Assembly (NCBI GenBank): GCA_964552565.1
Contig: CAZKGL010000001.1
Location: 499,061-563,060 of the forward strand
DNA length: 64,000 nt
Reading direction: 5' to 3'
Source of the DNA: an uncultured Gammaproteobacteria bacterium
Lineage (GTDB): Bacteria > Patescibacteriota > Patescibacteriia > UBA9934
Of the stretch, positions 47,657 to 56,117 are shown one piece after another. A model generated the notes under the pieces. The model was not told the origin of the DNA, ran no database searches, and was given only the letters and a program-made list of their open reading frames with translations. Each line of letters opens with the position of its first letter. Within the stretch, counting starts at the first letter, position 1. A program made the translations under genes and the position numbers.

Positions 47657-48133
47657 ATGCAAAAGACTCAGCGAGGATTTACGCTCATGGAACTGCTCAT
47701 CGTCATTGCGGTCATCATCGTGCTTGCCGCGGCGGTGTTCGTCGCCCTTAACCCGGCGAAGCGCTTCCAGGATTCGCGCAACGCACGCCGCTCGAGCGAC
47801 GTCGCCGCGATCGTTGCAGGGTTGAAGACCGACCAGGTGGACAACGGCGGCACGTATCTCGCGTCCGTCGCCGCGCTGACCGTCGACACCGAATACCAGA
47901 TCGGCACGGCGGGTGCGGGCTGCGACAGCGGCTGTACCGCGGTGACGACCGAGGCGGCCTGCGCTGACCTCACCGGCCTCGTCACGGAAGGCTACCTCGG
48001 CAGCGTGCCGATGGACCCGTCGTCGGGCACGGCTGCAGAGACGGACTACTACATCATCCGCAACACGAGCGGCACCATCACGGTCGGCGCCTGCGATGCA
48101 GAAGGTGGCTCGACCGTCACCCTTTCGCGCTAA
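47657..48133 (+). CDS. Type IV major pilin-like protein
   Basis: QRG/FTLMELLIVIAVI, NP, P.DP; divergent from pilB. Confidence 0.88.
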   Translation: MQKTQRGFTLMELLIVIAVIIVLAAAVFVALNPAKRFQDSRNARRSSDVAAIVAGLKTDQVDNGGTYLASVAALTVDTEYQIGTAGAGCDSGCTAVTTEAACADLTGLVTEGYLGSVPMDPSSGTAAETDYYIIRNTSGTITVGACDAEGGSTVTLSR

Positions 48134-48145
48134 ACACCACACAGA

Positions 48146-48178
48146 CAAAAAACCCGCCGGTTGTACGGCGGGTTTTTT
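48146..48178. terminator. Bidirectional terminator between the pilin and tRNA-Tyr
   Basis: AAAAAACCCGCCG-GTTGTA-CGGCGGGTTTTTT. Confidence 0.85.
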
Positions 48179-48263
48179 GGTGGGTCGGGAAGGGATCGAA
48201 CCTTCGAAGGCGTAAGCCAGCAGATTTACAGTCTGCCCCGTTTGACCACTTCGGTACCGACCC
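48178..48263 (-). tRNA. tRNA-Tyr(GTA)
   Basis: GGGTCGG/CCGACCC acceptor stem, anticodon loop CTGTAAA, long variable arm, GGTTCGA, encoded CCA. Confidence 0.97.
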
Positions 48264-48311
48264 GGGAGGCTTCGCGGCATTATTCTGCCGCATGCCTGAA
48301 ACTTTTTCAAG

Positions 48312-48387
48312 TGGAGCCGGTGGTCGGATTTGAACCGACGGCCTGCTGTTTACAAAACAGCTGCTCTCACCCCTGAGCTACACCGGC
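48312..48387 (-). tRNA. tRNA-Thr(TGT)
   Basis: GCCGGTG/CACCGGC acceptor stem, anticodon loop TTTGTAA, GGTTCAA, encoded CCA. Confidence 0.97.
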
Positions 48388-48482
48388 GCGGGCTAAAGAA
48401 TAGCAAAGAAACGCGGTTTTCGCAAGCAATTCGGGTTTACATATGGCGAAGCCCAGGCGCGATGCCTGGGCCAAGCCTCCTT

Positions 48483-49319
48483 TCAGTAGAACGTCGCGCG
48501 GTAGTCGCTCCAGTCGTAGGTGCACTGCACCTTGAGCGCGGTCCGCGTCGCGTGGTTGTGGTACGTGAAGTGCAGGTCGTTGCTGCCGATGCCGTCCCGC
48601 TTCCAGTCGACGATCTCGTTCGTCGACGCCGCGTAGGGAGCTTCGGGATCGCCCGTGCGCCGCATGAGCGCGAGGCCGAGCCCGTCGACGAGGAGCACGT
48701 CGTCCTCGGCCATGACGCTCGTGTAGTGCTGCGCCGCGTCGTCGGGAACGAGCTCGCGGCCGTTCACGAGCGCGATCCAGCCGCCCACGTACGACCACGG
48801 CTCGGGGTCGCCCTCTTCCTCGTCCGTGTGCGGGTCGAGTCCGTACAGCTCGCCCTCGCGGCAATTGTAGTACTGCTCACCGGCCGCGACATGCATCGCG
48901 ACGTCGACCACGTCCGTCTCCTCGTCCACCTCGGTTTCGAACGGGACCATCACCAGGCGGTGGTAGTCGTTGACGATGAGCGGGTAGAAATCCTCGGTGT
49001 ACCCGTCCTCGTCCGGGAAGTACGGGTGCGCGAGGTCGGACTGCGTGACCTCGGGCCCGATGACGATGCGCACCGCGCCGGTGCCCACCGCGAACGTCGC
49101 GTGCGTTTCGCCCACCGCGAGTACGTCGCCGTCCCGGTACAGCGTGAGCGGCAGCGGGTGCGACTCGACCGTCCCGACACGCGGAACGACCGACAGCGTC
49201 GCGGTCGGCGATTCATACGGCTCTTCCGCCGCCGCCGTGTCGTCGCCGATGTCCGGCAAACCGGTTTCCTTGCCGGCGCCGTCCACACACCCCATCATCA
49301 CGAGCATCATGCCCCCCAT
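48483..49319 (-). CDS. Hypothetical acidic lipoprotein-like protein (GC-rich orphan)
   Basis: G-rich RBS, MMLVMMGC possible lipobox, upstream TTGACA; start uncertain. Confidence 0.6.
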   Translation of the reverse strand: MGGMMLVMMGCVDGAGKETGLPDIGDDTAAAEEPYESPTATLSVVPRVGTVESHPLPLTLYRDGDVLAVGETHATFAVGTGAVRIVIGPEVTQSDLAHPYFPDEDGYTEDFYPLIVNDYHRLVMVPFETEVDEETDVVDVAMHVAAGEQYYNCREGELYGLDPHTDEEEGDPEPWSYVGGWIALVNGRELVPDDAAQHYTSVMAEDDVLLVDGLGLALMRRTGDPEAPYAASTNEIVDWKRDGIGSNDLHFTYHNHATRTALKVQCTYDWSDYRATFY

Positions 49320-49439
49320 GTCATCCCCCCCAGGCAGGCACACGTCCCGCCACCTCATCCATGGCATACCGGAGGGGAATGTCAAGGAATCCTGCAAAAT
49401 GCGATGAAAACAAAAAAATACGCACGCCATCCCGAGCAC

Positions 49440-49471
49440 TCGGAAGCTCAGCTTCGAAGCTGAGCTTCCGA
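49440..49471. repeat. Perfect 32-bp palindrome identical to 18440-18471
   Basis: TCGGAAGCTCAGCTTCGAAGCTGAGCTTCCGA, intergenic. Confidence 0.9.
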
Positions 49472-49510
49472 TGTCGTTTGCTGCGTTCGTGGGTGGGGTA
49501 CACCGACCGA

Positions 49511-49993
49511 CTATTCTCCGATAAGGATGTCGTAGATAACCCGCGCTGCGGGATCGATGTCCGGTCCGTAGATCATTGTGCCGCCAAGCGCGCCCGTAAC
49601 CGTCACGAAGACGAGACCGAGGACGGCGAGCGGGACCGCGACCGCGGGGCGCAGGATGAACGCCGCCGCGCGCACCAGCCGCGCCGGGGCTTGGGCTTTC
49701 AGGATGACGACGACGTGCGCGGCCGCGAGGAGCGCGAAGCACAGCAACGTGTACAACGCAAAGTCGCCGTGGACGTCGAGCAGCTTCGGCACCTCCCCGT
49801 CGATGCCCTGTTCTTGGATCCACCCGGTAAAGAATGTGGGAACCGCGGCAAGGGCGCCGAGGATGGCGAACCCGGCCTTCATGGGGAACCACCACGACTG
49901 CTTCGTCACCGCCGGCACGCGCGCAATCTCAATGACGGCGTACACCGTGAGCAGCGCGATCGGGAAGTGGACGAGGATCGGATGGAGGTTCAC
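49511..49993 (-). CDS. DUF2231-like membrane protein
   Basis: LHPILVHFPIAL, TG..GG.M.YG. Confidence 0.8.
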   Translation of the reverse strand: MNLHPILVHFPIALLTVYAVIEIARVPAVTKQSWWFPMKAGFAILGALAAVPTFFTGWIQEQGIDGEVPKLLDVHGDFALYTLLCFALLAAAHVVVILKAQAPARLVRAAAFILRPAVAVPLAVLGLVFVTVTGALGGTMIYGPDIDPAARVIYDILIGE

Positions 49994-49999
49994 ACGCCC

Positions 50000-50530
50000 C
50001 TACTCTTCAACAACCAGCGTGCCCTTCATGCCCATGGCACGGTGGCTGCCGACCGAGCAGTAATACTCGAAGCTTCCCGCCGTGTCGGCGACGAACTCGA
50101 TCGTTTCCGACGCGCCTGCCGACAACTTCTGCGTTGCGGCGTTGAACTCGTCGATCTTCCAGTCATGGAATCCTTCCGCGTTCGTGAAGACGATGCGGAC
50201 CGTGTCGCCCTTCTTGACCGTGAGGCTCGTCTCCGAAAATGCGAAGTTGTTCCCGGTCACCGCAAACTCGCGCACGGTCGGTTCCGCAGCATCCCCGACG
50301 ATGATATTCGCAGTGCCGTCAGCGCCCACGTCAATCTCGATCGTCGCCCCGGCCGGGTCGTCCTCGCCCTCGACGACCATCTCCTCCGCGTCCGACGTCG
50401 TGCCATCTTCTTCAATCACCGGCATGGTCGCGGACGTGCCCGCGTCGACCGAGGTGTCCGTCGTGGATTCAGCAGCGCAACCGGCGCCGGCAAGCAAAAG
50501 GAGCGAGGCAACAATGAGTGACGTACGCAT
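50000..50530 (-). CDS. Cupredoxin/plastocyanin-like lipoprotein
   Basis: LAGAGC lipobox; HDW and YYCSVGSHRAMGM type-1 copper ligands. Confidence 0.9.
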   Translation of the reverse strand: MRTSLIVASLLLLAGAGCAAESTTDTSVDAGTSATMPVIEEDGTTSDAEEMVVEGEDDPAGATIEIDVGADGTANIIVGDAAEPTVREFAVTGNNFAFSETSLTVKKGDTVRIVFTNAEGFHDWKIDEFNAATQKLSAGASETIEFVADTAGSFEYYCSVGSHRAMGMKGTLVVEE

Positions 50531-50592
50531 ACACACGATTTCAAGAATAACCTGGCCTATTGTACCTCGTCAGAACGGATGGGCAATGGCGG

Positions 50593-51705
50593 TTATTCCA
50601 CAGCCCCCGCCAGCCGCTCCGCGTTCTTGTACGCGTACTTTTCTTGGACGTCGGGGTCCAGCCGCCCAATGAACGCCCGGGCGTAGTCGGTCAGCAACAA
50701 TCCCGTCTCGCTGTCGAGCGACCAGTCCGAACTCCACCCGCGGTCGGTGCCCCAAAGTACTTGGTCCTGATGCGCTTCGATGAATGCGCTCCACGTCGCA
50801 ATGTCTTCATCGAGCAATGGCTCGTAATCCTCGAAGTGCGCGAAGAACGCATCCCTCCCCACTTCCGGGCGCAACAGGAAGTCGTCGCCGTACAGTTCGT
50901 CGACGCCGTAATACACGTTCGGATGGTTGTCGAGGATCTCGCCCACCGCGTCGAGGTCCTGGTGCCCGTCGTCCTCGTAGACGACGAGCTGGTCGCCGTG
51001 GAAAATAAAGTTGATGTCGGGGTACATCTCCGCCGCGCGTTCGAGGTTGTCCTGGTGGCCGACGCCGAGATGGACGTACACAAGGAGGTTGTTATCCGCG
51101 ACGACCGGGTAGATCTCCAGCATGCGCGGATCGTCCGGCGGGAGTTCGGGAGCGCCGCCGTTGCGGGCGTACAGGCCGATTTCGCCATAGCCCTCGAAGA
51201 GGCCCGGCGCGATGGCGAGCATGGTTTCGAGCGTCGCCGCGTCGACCGTCGGGAAGCCGTCCGGGCGGTCGTCGCTGTCAGGCGGCATAATGAACGGGAC
51301 GAACTGGTCGGGGTAGCGCTCCATGGTGCGCGCCGCGACCTCGACCATCGGCTCGGCCATGTCCTTCCAGACGCTGAAGAAGCCGAAGACCTTGTCCGTC
51401 CCCTCGGTCGCAAACGTACAGGCGATGCTGTCCATGGTGAGGTTCACGCCAAGGATCGGCCGCTCCTCAAGGTCGCCGGGCAGCGCGAGGTTGACCGGAC
51501 CGTCAGGGATCGCCGGGATGTGGATGTGCGTGTCCCACAATGGCCCGGTGTAGGAGCCCTCCGGATACTCGCGGACGAGTTCCGGACAGTCGACGTCCGT
51601 AAATGCGGCATCAACGCGGTCACGGCTCGCAAGCAAACCAACGACGATGACGAAGAGCGCGAGCCACACGATTGCGACCGCGCCTTTGAGAAGCATACGT
51701 TTCAT
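50593..51705 (-). CDS. Amidohydrolase family protein with N-terminal anchor
   Basis: DTHIH, GEIG, VH, FHG, WGTD, NAERL. Confidence 0.8.
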   Translation of the reverse strand: MKRMLLKGAVAIVWLALFVIVVGLLASRDRVDAAFTDVDCPELVREYPEGSYTGPLWDTHIHIPAIPDGPVNLALPGDLEERPILGVNLTMDSIACTFATEGTDKVFGFFSVWKDMAEPMVEVAARTMERYPDQFVPFIMPPDSDDRPDGFPTVDAATLETMLAIAPGLFEGYGEIGLYARNGGAPELPPDDPRMLEIYPVVADNNLLVYVHLGVGHQDNLERAAEMYPDINFIFHGDQLVVYEDDGHQDLDAVGEILDNHPNVYYGVDELYGDDFLLRPEVGRDAFFAHFEDYEPLLDEDIATWSAFIEAHQDQVLWGTDRGWSSDWSLDSETGLLLTDYARAFIGRLDPDVQEKYAYKNAERLAGAVE

Positions 51706-51974
51706 ACGGGAAGTGCGATAATCTCCGGCTGTTCCTTTCCTGCATGATACACGCGGACGCTTGCGCCGTCCTCCGCGAGCTCGACCTTTGTCACTCCGCT
51801 CGAGCCGCCGCCTTCCCAGCCCGGTCCGCCCTTATATTCGCTGGATGATTCCCCGGAAAACGTCATGACGACTTCCCCGGTCTCTTCATTGATGACGTCC
51901 CACGCACGATCGATCTCAAGCTCATAGAGATCACCGTGCTCGTGTTCGCGTGGTTGGATGCGATAGGTGGGCAT
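51702..51974 (-). CDS. Small hypothetical protein
   Basis: 90 aa; ATGA overlap with the next gene. Confidence 0.65.
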   Translation of the reverse strand: MPTYRIQPREHEHGDLYELEIDRAWDVINEETGEVVMTFSGESSSEYKGGPGWEGGGSSGVTKVELAEDGASVRVYHAGKEQPEIIALPV

Positions 51975-51980
51975 AGCGTA

Positions 51981-52700
51981 TTACGGGACAAGCGTCGTTC
52001 CAGCCTTCTGCACCGCGACGAGAATCGCGTCCGTGAGCGCGTCAACGTCGGGATATGCGCCGGCCGCATACTTTTTCGCAAGCGTCCGGACGATTCGCGC
52101 ATGTTCAGGATAGCCCATCGACGGTTCGCGGAAGACGCGCACCCAGCCCGGGGAGTTTTGCACGACAGTGTTGAAGATTTCCGAAACGTGCCAGACGAAA
52201 AAGTTATGCTTCTTTGCGCGGTACTTCGGGAAACGCGCGTAAAAATAGTCGTAGAACATGAAGTGCAGCAATTCGTGGGCGATGACGACCGTCACGTAGC
52301 GGAGGTTGTTATGCTCGAAAGGAATCTGGAACGTCTTGTCGTCCAGAAAACGCGGGTACATGGCCCACAGCGTGCCGTAGGCGGTGTACTTCCCCTTCGG
52401 CCACGGACGCCCGGGGAAAAGCCGCGCGACGAGCGCGAAGTACCGGGCTTCGACCTTGCGCCACCGGACCTCGTGCCGCGCCAGCCGCGTTGCGAGCCAT
52501 TCCGGTTCGGCGTACTGCTCGCGGACGAAGCGGTTGAAAGCGTTTTCGTCGTATAGCTTCTCACGAAGCTCCGGCCATTTTGAGAAAAATGCCCATTCCA
52601 AGTTGCGACCGCCGGAGTACTTCGCCTCTTTGACGAAGCCTTTTGCGGTGTCGAGGTCTTTTGTTTTGCTGACGCGGAAGGTGACGTGCGGATAGCGCAT
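51981..52700 (-). CDS. HExxH zinc-metalloprotease-like protein
   Basis: VIAHELLH plus downstream SE motif; start placed at MRYPHV. Confidence 0.65.
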   Translation of the reverse strand: MRYPHVTFRVSKTKDLDTAKGFVKEAKYSGGRNLEWAFFSKWPELREKLYDENAFNRFVREQYAEPEWLATRLARHEVRWRKVEARYFALVARLFPGRPWPKGKYTAYGTLWAMYPRFLDDKTFQIPFEHNNLRYVTVVIAHELLHFMFYDYFYARFPKYRAKKHNFFVWHVSEIFNTVVQNSPGWVRVFREPSMGYPEHARIVRTLAKKYAAGAYPDVDALTDAILVAVQKAGTTLVP

Positions 52701-52710
52701 AAAAATGTAA

Positions 52711-52735
52711 AGGGGACGCGTCGAACGCGTCCCCT
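52711..52735 (-). terminator. Hairpin after the radical SAM gene
   Basis: AGGGGACGCGT-CGA-ACGCGTCCCCT followed by T-rich sequence on the minus strand. Confidence 0.75.
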
Positions 52736-52762
52736 CAAGGGTAGCAGGTTGCTTCTGGCCGC

Positions 52763-54130
52763 TCAACCGGTCGCCGCCCGCTGGTTCTCGAACGCGTCCC
52801 AGAGGAGCCACTCGAGCGTGCGCTGGCTGTGCGCGCAGGCGCGCTCGTCGCGCAGGAAGCGGTCGCCGTGCTTGAGCTCGACGCTCGCCGGGCAGCCCCC
52901 GCCGCAGATGCCGAGCGCCGGACACGCCCGGCAGGCGGGCATGGTGAAGGGCGAGCGCTCGCGCCACTCGCCGAACAGCCGCTCGAGCAGGTCGTCGTGG
53001 TTGTCGTCGTAGACCGAGGCCGGGAAGTACGTGCGCGGCTTCACGAAGTCCTGGCAGACCCCGATCCGCCCGTCCGGCGCGATGACGAGCTGGTTGCCGA
53101 CCACGCCGCAGTCGGCGTACATCGGCCGCTGGTCGACGAACGCACGTGCCTTGCGCATGACGCGTTCCTCGTAGAAGCCGCGCGCGCGGAAGCGCTGGAA
53201 CGCGACGATCTGGCACTCGACCGCACGGCGGTAGTAATCCTCCGGCAGGGCGAGGTGCGGCGTGAAGTGCAGGAGGTTGAGACTGATGCCCTGCGCCTGC
53301 GCGAACTCGCCCTCGGTGAAGAAGTCGAGGACTTCGTCGAAGCGCGCGATGGCCTCGGGCGTGAGGGTGACCGACAGGCCGACCTCGACGCCGTGCGCGC
53401 GCAGCATCCGGAAGGCGCTGGTGATCTTGTCCATGACCGGCACCCCGGGACGCTTCGCGACGCGGTAGCGCTCGGTCACCTGCCGCGGGCCGTCGACCGA
53501 CAGCCCCACCGTCACGCCGTGCTGCGCGAACAGCCGCGCATCGGCTTCGGTGAGGAGCACGCCGTTCGTGACCATGGTGACGACCGTCGAGCCAGGCAGC
53601 GCGCCGCGTTCCTTGAGCTCGGCCACGTAGCGCACCGTCTCGTAGACCGCGTGACGGTTCACGAGCGGCTCGCCGCCGTAGAGGTGCACGACCTTCTTCA
53701 TGGCGGGGTTGCCGTGGCGCGCCGTCATGGCGGCGAACAGGTCGAGCGACGCCCGCACGGTCTCGTGGGTCATGCGCGTCGTTCGGAAGTCGCTGGCCAC
53801 GCCCGGCGTCTCCTCGAAGCAGTACGTGCACCGCAGGTTGCAGCCGTCGGTGACGAGGAGGTAGAGAAGCTCGAGGCTGATGGCCGAACGGAGCGCGGCG
53901 TACGTCTGCGCGAAGAGCGCGTCGTCGTCCGCGTCCGCGTCGACGAGCATGCCGAGGCTCCGCAGCCCCTCGGACACGTCGGGGTCGTCCGGCGCGCCGT
54001 TGACGGCGATCTGCCGCGTGATGGCCGCGAAGTCCGCCGAAGCGAGGTACGCGACCTGCAGCGTGAGCGTGTGGAAGAGCGCGACGACGCCGTCGCGCTC
54101 GAACGGGTGACACCACCGAGAGAGACGCAT
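52763..54130 (-). CDS. Radical SAM/SPASM peptide maturase with putative N-terminal RRE
   Basis: CNLRCTYC, YGGEP, TNG, SVDG; SPASM CG...C...CRACPALGICGGGC...C; GGAGG RBS before MRLSRW. Confidence 0.92.
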   Translation of the reverse strand: MRLSRWCHPFERDGVVALFHTLTLQVAYLASADFAAITRQIAVNGAPDDPDVSEGLRSLGMLVDADADDDALFAQTYAALRSAISLELLYLLVTDGCNLRCTYCFEETPGVASDFRTTRMTHETVRASLDLFAAMTARHGNPAMKKVVHLYGGEPLVNRHAVYETVRYVAELKERGALPGSTVVTMVTNGVLLTEADARLFAQHGVTVGLSVDGPRQVTERYRVAKRPGVPVMDKITSAFRMLRAHGVEVGLSVTLTPEAIARFDEVLDFFTEGEFAQAQGISLNLLHFTPHLALPEDYYRRAVECQIVAFQRFRARGFYEERVMRKARAFVDQRPMYADCGVVGNQLVIAPDGRIGVCQDFVKPRTYFPASVYDDNHDDLLERLFGEWRERSPFTMPACRACPALGICGGGCPASVELKHGDRFLRDERACAHSQRTLEWLLWDAFENQRAATG

Positions 54131-54139
54131 CGTGCCTCC

Positions 54140-54177
54140 AAAAAAGTGACGAGGGGGCCGGCAGACGGTCCCCCTCG
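54140..54177 (-). terminator. Intrinsic terminator-like hairpin between precursor and maturase
   Basis: CGAGGGGGACCG-TCTGC-CGGCCCCCTCG then TCACTTTTTT. Confidence 0.7.
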
Positions 54178-54195
54178 AGGTTGATCCCACCCCCG

Positions 54196-54306
54196 CTAGC
54201 AGCGGGTGCAGGAGGTGAAGCAGCAGTCGACGAAGTCGCGCCCCGGCTTGGGGACGGACCCGAGGACCTTCGTACGCGCGGAACGGGACAGGACGAGCAC
54301 CTTCAC
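54196..54306 (-). CDS. 36-aa Cys-rich RiPP precursor candidate (absent from the ORF track)
   Basis: GGAGG-4 nt-GTG start; translates to MKVLVLSRSARTKVLGSVPKPGRDFVDCCFTSCTRC then TAG; GC-ending codons throughout. Confidence 0.85.
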   Translation of the reverse strand: MKVLVLSRSARTKVLGSVPKPGRDFVDCCFTSCTRC

Positions 54307-54362
54307 GGGACCTCCGGACGCGGAACGCAACGCAGGAGCGCGTGCGTATCCGGCCGAACACT

Positions 54363-54390
54363 ACTATACGGTGAATTCCGGCGGTGTCAA
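54363..54390 (-). promoter_or_regulatory. Sigma70-like promoter of the peptide-rSAM operon
   Basis: TTGACA-16 nt-TATAGT. Confidence 0.75.
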
Positions 54391-54457
54391 TTGCGCGTCT
54401 GACGCGCAGCGCGGCCGAATTCGGGATTGATCATAGCGCACCGAGTATTCCACGCGC

Positions 54458-54787
54458 CTACTTCATACGGTTCCAGATCTTCTCGTATGCATCCGCAACG
54501 GTTTCGGGAGCCCAGATGTAGACGAGGTACCCGCCCTCTTCGGACTCGATGTACAGTTTCGATTGCTCATCCGAAAGCTTCACGGTAGTGATCGGCGAAC
54601 CTCCCGCTTCGAGGTATTTGAAGAACTGTTGAAAATCAAACTCCACAAACTGACGCCAATATTCGCCCTCAGCAAAACGGCATTTGCCGGTCAGTGCGCG
54701 ATCCGCTTCTTCGCACACGGCAAGAATACCGGGGATATCTTTTTCATTGATCGCGGCAATAATGCGGTCGGTGACATGAGCAACCAT
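54458..54787 (-). CDS. Hypothetical protein
   Basis: 109 aa from MVAHVT; low-GC islet; start uncertain. Confidence 0.5.
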   Translation of the reverse strand: MVAHVTDRIIAAINEKDIPGILAVCEEADRALTGKCRFAEGEYWRQFVEFDFQQFFKYLEAGGSPITTVKLSDEQSKLYIESEEGGYLVYIWAPETVADAYEKIWNRMK

Positions 54788-54965
54788 ACGAAAATAGTGA
54801 TAATGCCATGCCGTACATGCACATGGTATAAGGAACGACCCTGCGCGTCTATTGCTCGGCCCAAGGAGGCCGCATTTTGCCCCCAACGAAAATACCGCTG
54901 CATCAGCGGTATTTTTGCGGCACGGCATCGCGAGCCAAGCGAGAACTCTTGCAACAACGGTGTGA

Positions 54966-55304
54966 TCACCCGTTTCCGCAATTCTTGCCGACAACCTTTT
55001 CGTTGACATCAAAATAGACTTCCAGTCCACCATCCCAATCCGGAAGGTCATACAGCCACCCTGACGTTATCTGCTGCTCCAGTTCACCTTGACCAAAGCG
55101 ATCGCCGCCGAGCTCCTCCTTTACTACTTTTTCATCAGGTTGCCCAAGTACCTCCGCTACCTCCTCTGCCGTCATTTCGTTTTCAATGCGATCGAAGTCT
55201 GGGTAAGTACAAGCGAACCTGTTGTCCGAAATTCGTTGATAGCCCAGATACACCGCGATACCGACGAGTAGAGCCACGGTAATTCCGATTGCGGTCGCTT
55301 TCAT
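54966..55304 (-). CDS. SmpA/BamE-like domain membrane-anchored protein
   Basis: N-terminal TM, MTAEEVAEVLGQP, W.Y, V.FD. Confidence 0.65.
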   Translation of the reverse strand: MKATAIGITVALLVGIAVYLGYQRISDNRFACTYPDFDRIENEMTAEEVAEVLGQPDEKVVKEELGGDRFGQGELEQQITSGWLYDLPDWDGGLEVYFDVNEKVVGKNCGNG

Positions 55305-55437
55305 AGCATCTCTTATTTTCCACGATGCTATCAGATCATCACGTAAAGTTCTATGCCCTCGTGGCCCAAACTAAAGATTTTATTCTTACTAGCAGAATCT
55401 TTTGTGGCGGCCTTAGTGCACGACCTGAGAACTCTTG

Positions 55438-55836
55438 CTACGTTAAATCCGTGAATGGATTCCATGCAACTTCCCAAACGTGACCGTCGAGATCTTCGAA
55501 GTAGCCAGAATATCCGCCCCAAAATGTGTCTTGCGCTGGACGAATAATTTTTGCTCCTTGGCTGACAACTTCAGCAAACACGGCGTCGACTTTTTCTTTG
55601 GATCCGACATTGTGCCCGAGTGTAATGCCCGAGAAAGCACCTCGCCCCTTTTCTTTTCCAGCGTCTTCTGCGAGTTTTTCGTAAGGGAAGAGGGCGACTT
55701 TTGTTCCTTCAGTATCAAACATGACGAAATCGTCGCCATCTCCGCTCAGAATAGAAAATTCGAGCGAGGTATAAAATTGCGTTGCGCGAGGAATGTCTTC
55801 GACCCCTAAGGTAATGAGGCTAACTTTTGGTTTCAT
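55438..55836 (-). CDS. VOC/glyoxalase family protein
   Basis: SLITLGVED, FWGGYSGYFEDLDGHVWEVAWNP. Confidence 0.92.
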   Translation of the reverse strand: MKPKVSLITLGVEDIPRATQFYTSLEFSILSGDGDDFVMFDTEGTKVALFPYEKLAEDAGKEKGRGAFSGITLGHNVGSKEKVDAVFAEVVSQGAKIIRPAQDTFWGGYSGYFEDLDGHVWEVAWNPFTDLT

Positions 55837-55841
55837 ATACA

Positions 55842-56117
55842 TCAATCTATGAATCGATAATGGAGCCGTTTGAATGTGAGCTCAAGCTGAGCCTTTAGCT
55901 GTCCGCGTCCTTTGCCGCCTTTTAAAAACTTCTCGCGTCGCTTTGCTTCTTGTTCCGTGGGGTACGCCTCGTAATAAATGAGTTCGAGAGGACGTCGGTG
56001 CATTGTCGCTGCCACAAGCCCCTTCGAATGACGATCGAAACGTTCCATCACATCCGAAGAATAACCGATGTAAAGCTTCCCATCTTGTTTGCTGTAGAGA
56101 ACATACGTGAAGAACAT
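55842..56117 (-). CDS. Standalone GIY-YIG nuclease
   Basis: FTYVL...LYIG, R...H..G, YYEAY, A..RE..LK. Confidence 0.92.
   Translation of the reverse strand: MFFTYVLYSKQDGKLYIGYSSDVMERFDRHSKGLVAATMHRRPLELIYYEAYPTEQEAKRREKFLKGGKGRGQLKAQLELTFKRLHYRFID

Noticed and set aside
42731-48133. Type IV pilus cluster as a novel system
   Set aside because: Ordinary pilB-pilC-minor pilin organisation, common in this kind of genome.
51981-54116. 711-aa ORF suggesting a fusion across the rSAM
   Set aside because: The N-terminal part is an off-frame read of the rSAM gene and crosses a terminator; only 52700-51981 looks protein-like.
54131-54361. N-terminal extension of the rSAM ORF in the track (532 aa)
   Set aside because: It spans the leader, the peptide gene in another frame and the hairpin; the RBS supports a start at 54130.
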